Part shown: positions 1 to 8,230 of the stretch, in pieces
Numbering within the stretch: position 1 is the stretch's first letter
Layout of the letters: each line of letters starts with the position of its first letter
NCBI GenBank assembly: GCA_028822935.1
Contig: JAPKCM010000021.1
Location: forward strand, 3,509-67,508
Source: Akkermansiaceae bacterium
GTDB lineage: Bacteria > Verrucomicrobiota > Verrucomicrobiia > Verrucomicrobiales > Akkermansiaceae
DNA: 64,000 bases
Direction: 5' to 3'
Position numbers and translations under genes: made by a program
Notes under the pieces: generated by a model
The model's input: only the letters and a program-made list of their open reading frames with translations
The model's database searches: none
What the model was told of the DNA's origin: nothing

Positions 1-954
1 TACTGTAGTCGCTCAAAATCAGCTTGTAAGCATCGGGTTGATCCAAGAGGGAATCGAAGATTTCGTCGAAGTTATCTTTGATGCGGTGCCCGATGAGGAC
101 CTTTTCGAGTTGAGTGCGGGAATTTCCAGTGAGCTGTTCCTTGATTGCCTCGAGATCGGCATAGTGATCTTTTGCCAGAACGCCGAAGCAGCCTTGCAGC
201 GAGGAGAGCTCTTGGGAAGGAAGGGGCATCATCTTTTGAATCTCTGCGAGTGCGAGTGCCGGGTTTTTTCTGGAGATGGACCAAAGTAGATGTCCCTTTT
301 TGTGGGCCTCCGTGATGGAGGAGAGCGCTTCTTGGAGCGCTTCGGGATGGTTCTTGAGAATGTTCGCGAGGTGGGCTCTGTAATCGGAGGATTGGTTTTC
401 GCCCACCCAGGTGATGAACTCCACTGGTTCTTCCTAGGACCAGCGCTCGAAGGCGATCTTTTGAAAAAGAGTGAGGGCGTCCCCACATGACGTTTCCGAT
501 AGGCTCGGCATTCTCTTGTCCCTGATAGCGGGCGAGGACCTCCTTCAGTGCAGTTTCCGGCTCGTGACAGGCCCAGGCCCACTAGGTATTTTGCAAATTC
601 GGTGCCTTCGGCTGCCGCGATGGCGGATTCCGGGTCGACGCGGGTCCAGCTGATGAAGACGTCGTTGAGGTGATTGGATCGATCGGTGCGGTTTTGATAG
701 CTGCCCCAAAATTCCTGCATGTCCTGCGGGCTTGCATCGAGAAGCCAAAGCACAAGTCGGTCGTAGAGTTCGGGGGCCAAGATTTCCGCGAGTGAGGCAA
801 TGGTATCGTCGGAGCGGATGACCGATTGCACGGCACGGGCCCGATTGGTCTTCAGGCTGGCGACGCCTCCAGAGGATGTTTCCTCGTCGTTGGCGGCTTG
901 TTGCTGGGTGCGGACAAGAGAGCCGCTTCCTGAGTAGAGCGGCGACTCGCTCAC
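1..954 (-). pseudogene. Disrupted helical-repeat hypothetical protein; N-terminus at 954, C-terminus runs off the left edge
   Basis: The minus-strand ORF from ATG 954 reads plausibly (MSESPLYSG...AAAEGTEFAKY) to about 590. By manual translation the plausible sequence continues in the +1 frame (WAWACHEPETALKEVLARYQGQENAEPIGNVMW). It shifts +1 again at a G4 run (plus-strand cccc 481-484) to DALTLFQKIAFERWS. It then meets an in-frame TAG (434-436) and continues plausibly (EEPVEFITWVGENQSSDYRAHL...DAYKLILSDYS) to position 1. The listed ORF tails after 590 are R/S/P-rich junk. Confidence 0.5.
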
Positions 955-1047
955 TCTCTTGGTATTCGGAATAAAATCAAACGCCAGAGTCGTGCTCTCA
1001 GACTTTGTGAGTTCACGGGTTTTGATCTCGATTTGAGCTGCCAGTCC

Positions 1048-2337
1048 CTAAGCCGCGTCTTCCGAGGGTCCCTTGCTCTTCCGTTTTTTCATGACGGGGG
1101 CTTTGGTTCCTTCGACCGCGGCGCGGTTGATGGTGACGGATTCGATGTCCTCACGGGATGGGATTTCGAACATGACGTCGAGCATGATGTTTTCGAAGAT
1201 GGAGCGGAGGGCCCGGGCACCGGTGCCGCGCTCGATCGCTTTTTTGGCGCAGGCGGCGAGGGCGTCCTTGGTGATTTTGAGCTTCGCGCCGTTGAGGGCG
1301 AGTTGCTTTTTATACTGCTTCACGAGCGCATTTTTGGGCTCGGTAAGGATTTGGATGAGTTCCTCTTCGGTGAGTTTACGCAGGGAAGAAATGACAGGGA
1401 GACGGCCGACAAACTCGGGGATGAGTCCAAAATGAAGAAGGTCTTCCGGGCGGACTTTTCGGAGAAGGCTCACGTCATCGCGTTCTTCCTTATCAAGGTC
1501 CTGGCTGGCTTTGAACCCAAGGACGCGTGCTCCAAGGCGGCGGCGGACGATGTCCTCCATGCCGACGAAGGCTCCACCGCAGATGAAGAGGATCTTTTCG
1601 GTGTTGACCTGGATATACTCCTGCTGAGGGTGCTTACGACCGCCCTGAGGGGGGACGTTGCAAATGGATCCCTCGAGGATTTTTAGAAGGGCTTGCTGGA
1701 CGCCTTCGCCCGAGACGTCGCGCGTGATGGAGACGTTTTCGGTCTTGCGGCCGATTTTGTCGATCTCATCGACGTAGATGATGCCGCGCTCGGCCTTTTC
1801 GACGTCGAAGTCGGCAGACTGGAGGAGGCGAAGAATGATGTTTTCGACGTCTTCACCAACGTAGCCGGCTTCGGTCAAGGTGGTGGCATCGACGATGCAG
1901 AAAGGGACGTCGAGGACGCGGGCGAGCGTCTTGGCGAGGAGAGTCTTTCCGGAGCCGGTGGGGCCGAGGAGGAGGACGTTGGATTTTTCGATTTCTACAT
2001 CGACGAATTCGTCATCGAGGACCTCGTGCTGACGAAGGCGCTGGTAGTGATTGTAAACTGCAACGGAGAGGACTTTTTTGGCCTCTTCCTGGCCGATGAC
2101 GTGGTCATTGAGATGGGCACAGAGTTCGGCTGGAGTCGGGACTTCATCGGTGAAGGATTTTTCACTGAGGTCCGGGAGCGAGGGGTCCTGGCCAGCGAGT
2201 TCCTTACGGAGGATGGTGGAGCAGACGTCGATACATTCATTGCAAATGTAGACACCGGGTCCGGCGATGAGTTTCTTAACCTCTGAGTGGCTTTTGCCAC
2301 AGAAGGAACACATGGTGAGATTGGATGCGCGAGCCAT
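1048..2337 (-). CDS. clpX: ATP-dependent Clp protease ATP-binding subunit ClpX
   Basis: 429 aa. N-terminal zinc-binding CSFCGK...CNEC, Walker A GPTGSGKT, full-length ClpX-like sequence. Confidence 0.97.
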   Translation of the reverse strand: MARASNLTMCSFCGKSHSEVKKLIAGPGVYICNECIDVCSTILRKELAGQDPSLPDLSEKSFTDEVPTPAELCAHLNDHVIGQEEAKKVLSVAVYNHYQRLRQHEVLDDEFVDVEIEKSNVLLLGPTGSGKTLLAKTLARVLDVPFCIVDATTLTEAGYVGEDVENIILRLLQSADFDVEKAERGIIYVDEIDKIGRKTENVSITRDVSGEGVQQALLKILEGSICNVPPQGGRKHPQQEYIQVNTEKILFICGGAFVGMEDIVRRRLGARVLGFKASQDLDKEERDDVSLLRKVRPEDLLHFGLIPEFVGRLPVISSLRKLTEEELIQILTEPKNALVKQYKKQLALNGAKLKITKDALAACAKKAIERGTGARALRSIFENIMLDVMFEIPSREDIESVTINRAAVEGTKAPVMKKRKSKGPSEDAA

Positions 2338-2472
2338 TTGAAAGGGGGGCGAATGGGGTGAGGGTCGTTCGCCTAAGCGAGGCTAGCACCAGAGGGGGCT
2401 TGTGTCTCGCGATTTTTGAGGATCTGACGAAGAGGGGGACGAAGCGGTCTCTGAGGTGTTCGTTGCTGGCAA

Positions 2473-3363
2473 TTAGCGATTCGCTCCTTGGGTTCTGAAG
2501 GCTCCGCGAGATGGTCGATCGCTCTGTTCGATGAGCGTAGCGGCGGGATGGTGGTGCCACCAGAGGGTGGGGTCCATGGCCTTGAGGGTTCGTTTGGCGA
2601 AGGCATGGGCATCGGCTGCGGGATCGAGGACGGCGAAGACGGTGGAACCGGAGCCGGACATCATGGCGGCGAGTGATTCGTCTTGGTCTTGAAGGTGGGT
2701 TCTGAGGGTGGCGAGGAAGCGGTGCTTTTCGAAGACGGGCCGTTCGAGGTCGTTGAAAAGTTGCTGATCGCCGGCTTCTTGGGCTTCGTAGGAAATGCTG
2801 GGGATTTCTTGGGAGTCTTTCCAGCGTGAGTAGGCCCAGGGGGTGGGGATATCGAAGGCGGGTTTGAAGAGAACGATGGGAAGGTCCCAGGTGAGGTCGA
2901 AGGGTTCGATGATTTCGCCCCGCCCGCTGCACCAGCAGGGTTTCTGGTAGAGGAAGAGAGGAATGTCCGAGCCGAGTTGGGCGGCCCACCCGGCCATCGT
3001 GTCGAGGGGAATTCCTGCGTCGGTCAGATCATTGAGGGCTAGGAAGGTGTGGGCGGCATCGGCGCTTCCGCCACCGAGTCCTGCGCCGTGGGGAATACGC
3101 TTGGTCAGGGTGATGTTGTAGGGGCAGGGGAGGCCGCTTTCTTTTTCAAAAAGGCGGAGGGCGCGCGAGACGAGATTGGTCTCATCGGTCGGGACGCCGG
3201 GGGTGCCGCAATAGAGGGAATGGGTGTCTGCCGCGGTGAACTCGAGTTCGTCACAGAGGCTCGTGATGGGGAGGACGAGGGTTTCGAGGCCGTGGAAGCC
3301 GTCTTCGCGTTTTCCGGTGATACGGAGGGAGAGGTTGATTTTAGCGGGGGCGAGGGTGATCAC
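2473..3363 (-). CDS. ispE: 4-diphosphocytidyl-2-C-methyl-D-erythritol kinase IspE
   Basis: APAKINLSLRITGKREDGFHGLETL and PHGAGLGGGSADAA (GHMP kinase) motifs. The ORF is open to ATG 3423, but GTG 3363 overlaps the pgeF stop as GTGA and immediately precedes the conserved core, so I prefer it as the start. Confidence 0.9.
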   Translation of the reverse strand: MITLAPAKINLSLRITGKREDGFHGLETLVLPITSLCDELEFTAADTHSLYCGTPGVPTDETNLVSRALRLFEKESGLPCPYNITLTKRIPHGAGLGGGSADAAHTFLALNDLTDAGIPLDTMAGWAAQLGSDIPLFLYQKPCWCSGRGEIIEPFDLTWDLPIVLFKPAFDIPTPWAYSRWKDSQEIPSISYEAQEAGDQQLFNDLERPVFEKHRFLATLRTHLQDQDESLAAMMSGSGSTVFAVLDPAADAHAFAKRTLKAMDPTLWWHHHPAATLIEQSDRPSRGAFRTQGANR

Positions 3364-4085
3364 GGGAGATTTGAGATTTGAACAGGGACATTTGAACGTT
3401 GAAGGGGGGCTTGTGAACTGCAAACTTCCCCTGAAACGGTCCCGAGGAGGGCAAGCATGCGCCCGGTGTTTCCTTTTTCAATGCGATAGGAATAAAATTG
3501 GTCGAGATGAGAGGCTGTGCAGAGGCCTTCATCGTGGTAGTTCGATGCGGGGACGCCTGCTGTGAGCGCTTGTTCGCGGATGGTGGCGGCGAAGTCGATC
3601 TCGTAGTGCGGAGGTCGAATGCAGGGCGCGAGGACGACGGTGAGATCGGCGGGAGAAGTTCCGAAATGATCTCCCATTTTTAAGATGGCGCTGCCGAGGA
3701 TGTTTCCTTCGGTCCCTTTTTTGCCCGAATGGAGGAGGCCCAGGGCGCCAGTGCGGGAGTCAGCGAGGTAGAGGGCTCCACAATCGGCGACATGAATTCC
3801 GAGGAGGCAATCTGCTTTGCTGGTGAGGAGCCCATCGACACCCGGGGTCATGAGCGGGGAGCCCTTTCCGACGATGGCTAAGTCAACTCCGTGGACCTGC
3901 TCGGCGAGGTGGGTTTGCTTGAAACCCAGCGCGTCTGCGGCTGCTTGGTGCGAGGGTCGGAGGAGGGAGAGGGTTTCCTCTTTATCAGTAGAAGTAGGGA
4001 CCTCGGAGACCCTTCCAATAAAGGCGGCGCGCCGCCTTGGATCGGTGAGGAGGGGGGAGAGAAAAGAAAAAGACGCTTTCGTCAT
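3360..4085 (-). CDS. pgeF: YfiH/PgeF (DUF152) laccase-domain, purine nucleoside phosphorylase-like protein
   Basis: 241 aa with HGVD, VADCGALYL, LLHSGKKGT and C-terminal CTASHLDQFYSYRIEKGNTGRML, a pattern typical of the YfiH family. Confidence 0.85.
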   Translation of the reverse strand: MTKASFSFLSPLLTDPRRRAAFIGRVSEVPTSTDKEETLSLLRPSHQAAADALGFKQTHLAEQVHGVDLAIVGKGSPLMTPGVDGLLTSKADCLLGIHVADCGALYLADSRTGALGLLHSGKKGTEGNILGSAILKMGDHFGTSPADLTVVLAPCIRPPHYEIDFAATIREQALTAGVPASNYHDEGLCTASHLDQFYSYRIEKGNTGRMLALLGTVSGEVCSSQAPLQRSNVPVQISNLP

Positions 4086-4147
4086 GGCCGAAGCCTACGA
4101 AAGCGTCTCCTATTAGCCAAGTTTCCTTGGCTAAGGTGGGGAGATTT

Positions 4148-4603
4148 CTAAAAAATTTTGCCAGCCATCGCCTGAGTGGCAACAGCCATTCCGGCGGTCT
4201 CGTTGTCATCAAGCTCGGCCATCGCCGACGAGAGCTCAGTGACGATGTGTCCGCGCATCTTGGCAACAAGCTCGACGCCACCAGAAGTGATGCGAACCAT
4301 AATTTTACGACGGTCCTCAGCAGCGTGGACGCGCTCGACGAACCCAAGCTTCTCAAGCCGGTCGACCAAGCCAGTAGCGGCAGCGGTGGAGTGGCCCATC
4401 TTCTTGGCGATCGCAGACATCGTGAGGTAGTCTTCGCTTGAAAGATACGTCAGGAGGAAAAACTGAGGGAACGAGAGGTTGCCACGATTCAGCTCACTCG
4501 AGAGGTTGAGGATGCAGGAGCGTTGGGTAAAGAGGACAAAGTCCGCAAGGCGGTTATGGTCCACTTGCCCGTTCGCGGACTGATTGATTGGGTTCGTTTT
4601 CAT
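4148..4603 (-). CDS. MarR-family transcriptional regulator
   Basis: 151 aa. Winged-HTH pattern LSFPQFFLLTYL...LTMSAIAKKMGHSTAAATGLVDRLEKLGFVERVHAAEDRRKIMVRIT. Confidence 0.85.
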   Translation of the reverse strand: MKTNPINQSANGQVDHNRLADFVLFTQRSCILNLSSELNRGNLSFPQFFLLTYLSSEDYLTMSAIAKKMGHSTAAATGLVDRLEKLGFVERVHAAEDRRKIMVRITSGGVELVAKMRGHIVTELSSAMAELDDNETAGMAVATQAMAGKIF

Positions 4604-4828
4604 TGTTATACGACTTTCGGTTTATTGGGACAACACAGGTTGCCCAGCAGCTTCGGAATGGATAATACCGTTAAACCCATAAAACTTTCAAGACGAAATT
4701 GCATAAGTTTTTAAATAAACGACCTAACTACTCACATCAAGCAGGCTGTATCTCTTATACCGCTAGGATATTAAGAGATCTTAGATTTATACAAAAAAGT
4801 GCTAAAATCTTCAAAAAATCCTGAAGGG

Positions 4829-5242
4829 TTACTCAGGTTGAGTGCCTTGAGGTGGTTCTTCTGTCGTTTTGGGGGCCGCTGCGGGGCTTATTTTGGGCTT
4901 TTGCCGGACAATGGGGAAGCTGGTGACGGCGTCTCCTTTCGTGGCTGAGCCGCTGACGATGTCGGCTGCGAAGAAATCGCGGACTCTTTCTCCGGTGGGG
5001 CGGAGGCTGGCCAGGCTTCCGCTGATGCCGTTCGATTGGAAAAGGGTCTCCTTTGGGAGCTTCCCGGGACCGTATTTTTGAATAAGGACGAAGTTGCCGG
5101 TGTCGGAAACCGAGGCGATTCTCCCGATCACACGGCGGCCGATCTCTTGCACGGGCGCCGGTTTTGGTGCCTCTCGAAAAAGTTTTTTAAGCAAGCCACA
5201 GGAAGATAGGATGAGTGCAACGAGTGGGAAGAGGGCCTTCAT
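4829..5242 (-). CDS. Hypothetical lipoprotein
   Basis: Signal peptide with lipobox MKALFPLVALILSSC. The ATG overlaps the tilS stop (ATGA). Pro-rich C-terminus. Confidence 0.6.
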   Translation of the reverse strand: MKALFPLVALILSSCGLLKKLFREAPKPAPVQEIGRRVIGRIASVSDTGNFVLIQKYGPGKLPKETLFQSNGISGSLASLRPTGERVRDFFAADIVSGSATKGDAVTSFPIVRQKPKISPAAAPKTTEEPPQGTQPE

Positions 5243-6162
5243 GGGGAAATAAAGAGCCGGGATTCCTTCCGACGCAAGCGGAGACCGCCGGGAAGATTGA
5301 TGACAGCTGGGCCATCGGGCTCGAGGAGCGATAGGGCGGAGTCAAGCAAGGCGGTGCTGAGATCGGAGATATCCGCCTTTTTTAGGTAATCGTGGATCGC
5401 TTGGCGGCGCGGATAGGTGGGCAGATCTTTCAAGGTCGGGAGATGGAGTCGGCCTTGAGGGTCAAGAAGCCGGTGCCGGGAAAGTTGATCAGACAAGAAT
5501 TGATCGGCCTCTTCTTGGTGGCGGGTGGCGCGAAGTAAGGAGGGCGAGGGGTCGAAACCCATGATGTTCTTGAGAAGGGGGAGGGCTTCGTTTCGTAGTC
5601 GGTTCCGGGTGGCGAAGGAGTCGGCATTCGAGGAGTCCTCGCAGTAGGAAATGTTGCGTTCGTTAAGGTGGGCGGTGATGTTGTGCCGGCGGATTTGAAG
5701 GAGGGGGCGCAAGAGGGTGAGGTCGTCGATTTGCTGGCTTTCTTGCATGCCCTTGAGTCCGGAAGAGCCGCGGAGGAGGCGGAAGAGAACGGTCTCGACC
5801 TGGTCATCGGCATGATGTGCGAGGAGGATTTGATGAACCCCGGTGTCCTGAGCACATTGTTTGAAAAAATGGTGCCGTGCTTCGCGAGCTGCGGTTTCGA
5901 GAGAGAGGGATTCCTTTTCCGCGAGTGCGGCGACATCGGTATGGGTGATCAGGACGGGGAGATCGAGTGAGGCGGCGAGCGTGCGAACGAAGTCTTCATC
6001 GCGCTTAGTCTCATCGCCGCGGAGGCCGTGGTTGAGGTGGCAGAGGGTGAGTTTCTTGATATCCTTTTCCAAAAGCCAATGGAGGAGGAAGACGGAGTCA
6101 CGCCCGCCGGAGATTCCCAGCAAGTAGGGGCGCTCCTGATCCAGCCATTCCGGAGTCTCCAT
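5239..6162 (-). CDS. tilS: tRNA(Ile)-lysidine synthase TilS
   Basis: PP-loop motif LLGISGGRDSVFL. The ORF is open to 6219, but ATG 6162 overlaps the upstream stop as TAATG and lies just before the conserved core. Confidence 0.9.
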   Translation of the reverse strand: METPEWLDQERPYLLGISGGRDSVFLLHWLLEKDIKKLTLCHLNHGLRGDETKRDEDFVRTLAASLDLPVLITHTDVAALAEKESLSLETAAREARHHFFKQCAQDTGVHQILLAHHADDQVETVLFRLLRGSSGLKGMQESQQIDDLTLLRPLLQIRRHNITAHLNERNISYCEDSSNADSFATRNRLRNEALPLLKNIMGFDPSPSLLRATRHQEEADQFLSDQLSRHRLLDPQGRLHLPTLKDLPTYPRRQAIHDYLKKADISDLSTALLDSALSLLEPDGPAVINLPGGLRLRRKESRLFISP

Positions 6163-6995
6163 TATTTTTGGAAGATCATGAAGTGCTGCCAAGGGAGATC
6201 GTGCTTGGTGCCGGCCCATTTTAATCCTGCGGCTTCTATTTCGGCGATGGCTTGCGCCTGGCTCATTTTATGGAGTGGCTTGATTGCGACAGTGGGGTCC
6301 TCGGTGCGATACTCGAGGAGGAAAAGTCGGCCCCCGGGACGAAGTGCTTTCACGATGGAGCGCACCATTTCATAGGGGTGTGAGAATTCGTGATAGGCAT
6401 CGACCATAATGGCTGCGTCGATAGAGTTTTTCGCGAGAAGGGTGTCGTCAATTTGGCCCAAGTGAGCGGAGACATTGTTGATCTTAAGGTGCTTCTTTTC
6501 CGATTCGAGATAGCTGATCATCTCGGGTTGGATATCGACGGCGATGACCTGGCCCTTCGGATGTTGGGCGGCAAGGCGGAAGGTGTAGTAGCCGGAGCCC
6601 GCTCCGATATCGGCAATGACGGCATCGGGGGCGAGCTTGAGGAGTTGGATGGCTTTCGAGGGCGCTTCCTCTTCCTCGCGATTGGCCCGCTCGAGCCAGT
6701 TGATGGCGGGGTGGCCCATGACCTGGGCGATTTCGCGGTCCATGTAATATTTGCCGGTGCCATCGCGAGTCTTTTTTCCAAGGGAGTAGTGGCCGTGATC
6801 AGGCATCTCCTTTTCTGTTTGATCGAGTGCGGTCTTCTCTGAAATAGGAGACTTGGTTTCTTCTACTTTGGAGGGGGTCGATTTTTCCTTGGTGTCAGAG
6901 GGGTTTGCGTCGTTTTCACCGCTGGGTGGTTTCCAGAGAAAAAAAATGAGGGCAGTCAATAAAACTAGGGTGGCCGTGAGTGGGAGGATTTTCAT
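6162..6995 (-). CDS. Class I SAM-dependent methyltransferase with N-terminal signal/anchor
   Basis: SAM-binding motif VIADIGAGSGYYT. Hydrophobic N-terminus MKILPLTATLVLLTALIFF. Start overlaps the murI stop (ATGA). Confidence 0.8.
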   Translation of the reverse strand: MKILPLTATLVLLTALIFFLWKPPSGENDANPSDTKEKSTPSKVEETKSPISEKTALDQTEKEMPDHGHYSLGKKTRDGTGKYYMDREIAQVMGHPAINWLERANREEEEAPSKAIQLLKLAPDAVIADIGAGSGYYTFRLAAQHPKGQVIAVDIQPEMISYLESEKKHLKINNVSAHLGQIDDTLLAKNSIDAAIMVDAYHEFSHPYEMVRSIVKALRPGGRLFLLEYRTEDPTVAIKPLHKMSQAQAIAEIEAAGLKWAGTKHDLPWQHFMIFQK

Positions 6996-7759
6996 GATAG
7001 GGGGAAAGGATGGCAGCTTGCGGTGAGTGTGGGGCAGAGGAGAGGGAGGAGACGCTTAAGTTCGCTCACAGGGCCGGTGGTGTGAAGGTGAATCTGTGGA
7101 TCGGCGTCTTTTGATGGATGGTGCCCGGAGACGCGACGGGCTACGGCGGGTCCGGTATCGATGAGTCGGATGTGGTCCGGGAGGGTCTCTGCGATGGTGT
7201 TTTTTAGAAAAGAATAGTGGGTGCAGCCGAGGATGAGAGTGTCGGCTCCGGCTTGGACCATGTCGTGGGTGTATTCTAAAATGGCGTCGGTGACGTCGGG
7301 GCCCGAGAGGGTTCCGGCTTCCACGAGCTGGACGAATCTGGGGCAGGGTTGGGTGATGACTTTGAGGCCTGGGGTATGGGTTTCGACGAGCTGTCGGAAT
7401 TTTTCGCCGCTGAGGGAGGCCCCGGTGGCGAGGACGCCAATGGTCTTCGAGCGGGTGATTTCGGCGGCGGGTTTCACGCCGGGCTCCATCCCAATGAAGG
7501 GAATATCGTAACGATTGCGGAGGGTTCGGATGGCGGCGATGGTGGCTGAATTGCAGGCGACGACGATCATTTCTGCTCCTTGGGCGAGGAGCCAATCCGA
7601 GAGCATGAAGACGCGGGATTGGATTTCGGAATAGGATTTCGTGCCGTAGGGACACCATGCGGAGTCGCCAATGTAGGTGAGTGAATGGCCCGGGAGAAGG
7701 GTGTGGATTTCCCGAAGGACGGAAAGTCCTCCGACGCCAGAATCCAGGATGCCGATCAC
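6992..7759 (-). CDS. murI: Glutamate racemase MurI
   Basis: IGILDSGVGGLSVL, VVACNSATI and LGCTHY motifs; 255 aa. Confidence 0.93.
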   Translation of the reverse strand: MIGILDSGVGGLSVLREIHTLLPGHSLTYIGDSAWCPYGTKSYSEIQSRVFMLSDWLLAQGAEMIVVACNSATIAAIRTLRNRYDIPFIGMEPGVKPAAEITRSKTIGVLATGASLSGEKFRQLVETHTPGLKVITQPCPRFVQLVEAGTLSGPDVTDAILEYTHDMVQAGADTLILGCTHYSFLKNTIAETLPDHIRLIDTGPAVARRVSGHHPSKDADPQIHLHTTGPVSELKRLLPLLCPTLTASCHPFPLS

Positions 7760-7843
7760 GAGAGGGAGCTTGGAGTTGGGGGGGGGAAGTTTGAAGCACG
7801 AAGTTTTTGGGGAAGAGGCGGAGGGCGTTGAACGCTAAAAACA

Positions 7844-7856
7844 CTTGCAATGCAAG
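7844..7856. promoter_or_regulatory. Perfect palindrome CTTGCA-A-TGCAAG, candidate PadR operator
   Basis: 13-bp perfect inverted repeat 25 nt upstream of the preferred padR ATG (7881), in the divergent murI/padR intergenic region. A further CTTGC half-site lies at 7861-7865. Confidence 0.3.
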
Positions 7857-7880
7857 GTAGCTTGCTTTAGATGGTTCTCG

Positions 7881-8225
7881 ATGGGCGATGGTTTTGACAA
7901 CTGGACGGTGCAGCTGCGGAAGGGGATTCTGGAGTTTTGCGTGCTGTCGTCGATTGCCGTGGAAGAGGAAGCTTATGGCTACGAGTTGGTAAAGAAGCTC
8001 GTTAACGCGCCTGGTCTCGATGCCTCTGAGGGGAGCATTTACCCGCTTCTTTCCCGCATGAGGAAGCAGGGGCTGATTCAGTCGAGGCTTGAGGAGAGTG
8101 AAGCGGGCCCCGCCCGCAAATATTATCGGCTCACGAACGCAGGCAAGGCGCGCTCGCTGGCGATGCAATCCTACTACGATGGTCTCACCGATGCGGTGAG
8201 TTCGATTGGTAACCCCACAAAATAA
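7881..8225 (+). CDS. PadR-family transcriptional regulator
   Basis: QLRKGILEFCVLSSI...YGYELVKKL...GSIYPLLSRMRKQGLI...RKYYRLTNAG is the classic PadR winged-HTH pattern. The ORF track starts at TTG 7845; ATG 7881 is preferred. Confidence 0.85.
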   Translation: MGDGFDNWTVQLRKGILEFCVLSSIAVEEEAYGYELVKKLVNAPGLDASEGSIYPLLSRMRKQGLIQSRLEESEAGPARKYYRLTNAGKARSLAMQSYYDGLTDAVSSIGNPTK

Positions 8226-8230
8226 TTTTC

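Noticed and set aside
2276-2989. 237-aa minus-strand ORF overlapping ispE
   Set aside because: It lies in an alternative frame within ispE, is R/P-rich, and has no motifs.
4751-4776. Inverted repeat CTCTTA-N14-TAAGAG as a MarR operator
   Set aside because: The arms are only 6 bp, the site is ~150 nt upstream of the marR start, and in AT-rich intergenic DNA it could easily arise by chance.
7056-8168. 370-aa minus-strand ORF spanning murI and padR
   Set aside because: It is out of frame over murI and antisense to padR. It has extreme R/P/S/H composition and no motifs, so it is a shadow ORF of a GC-rich region.
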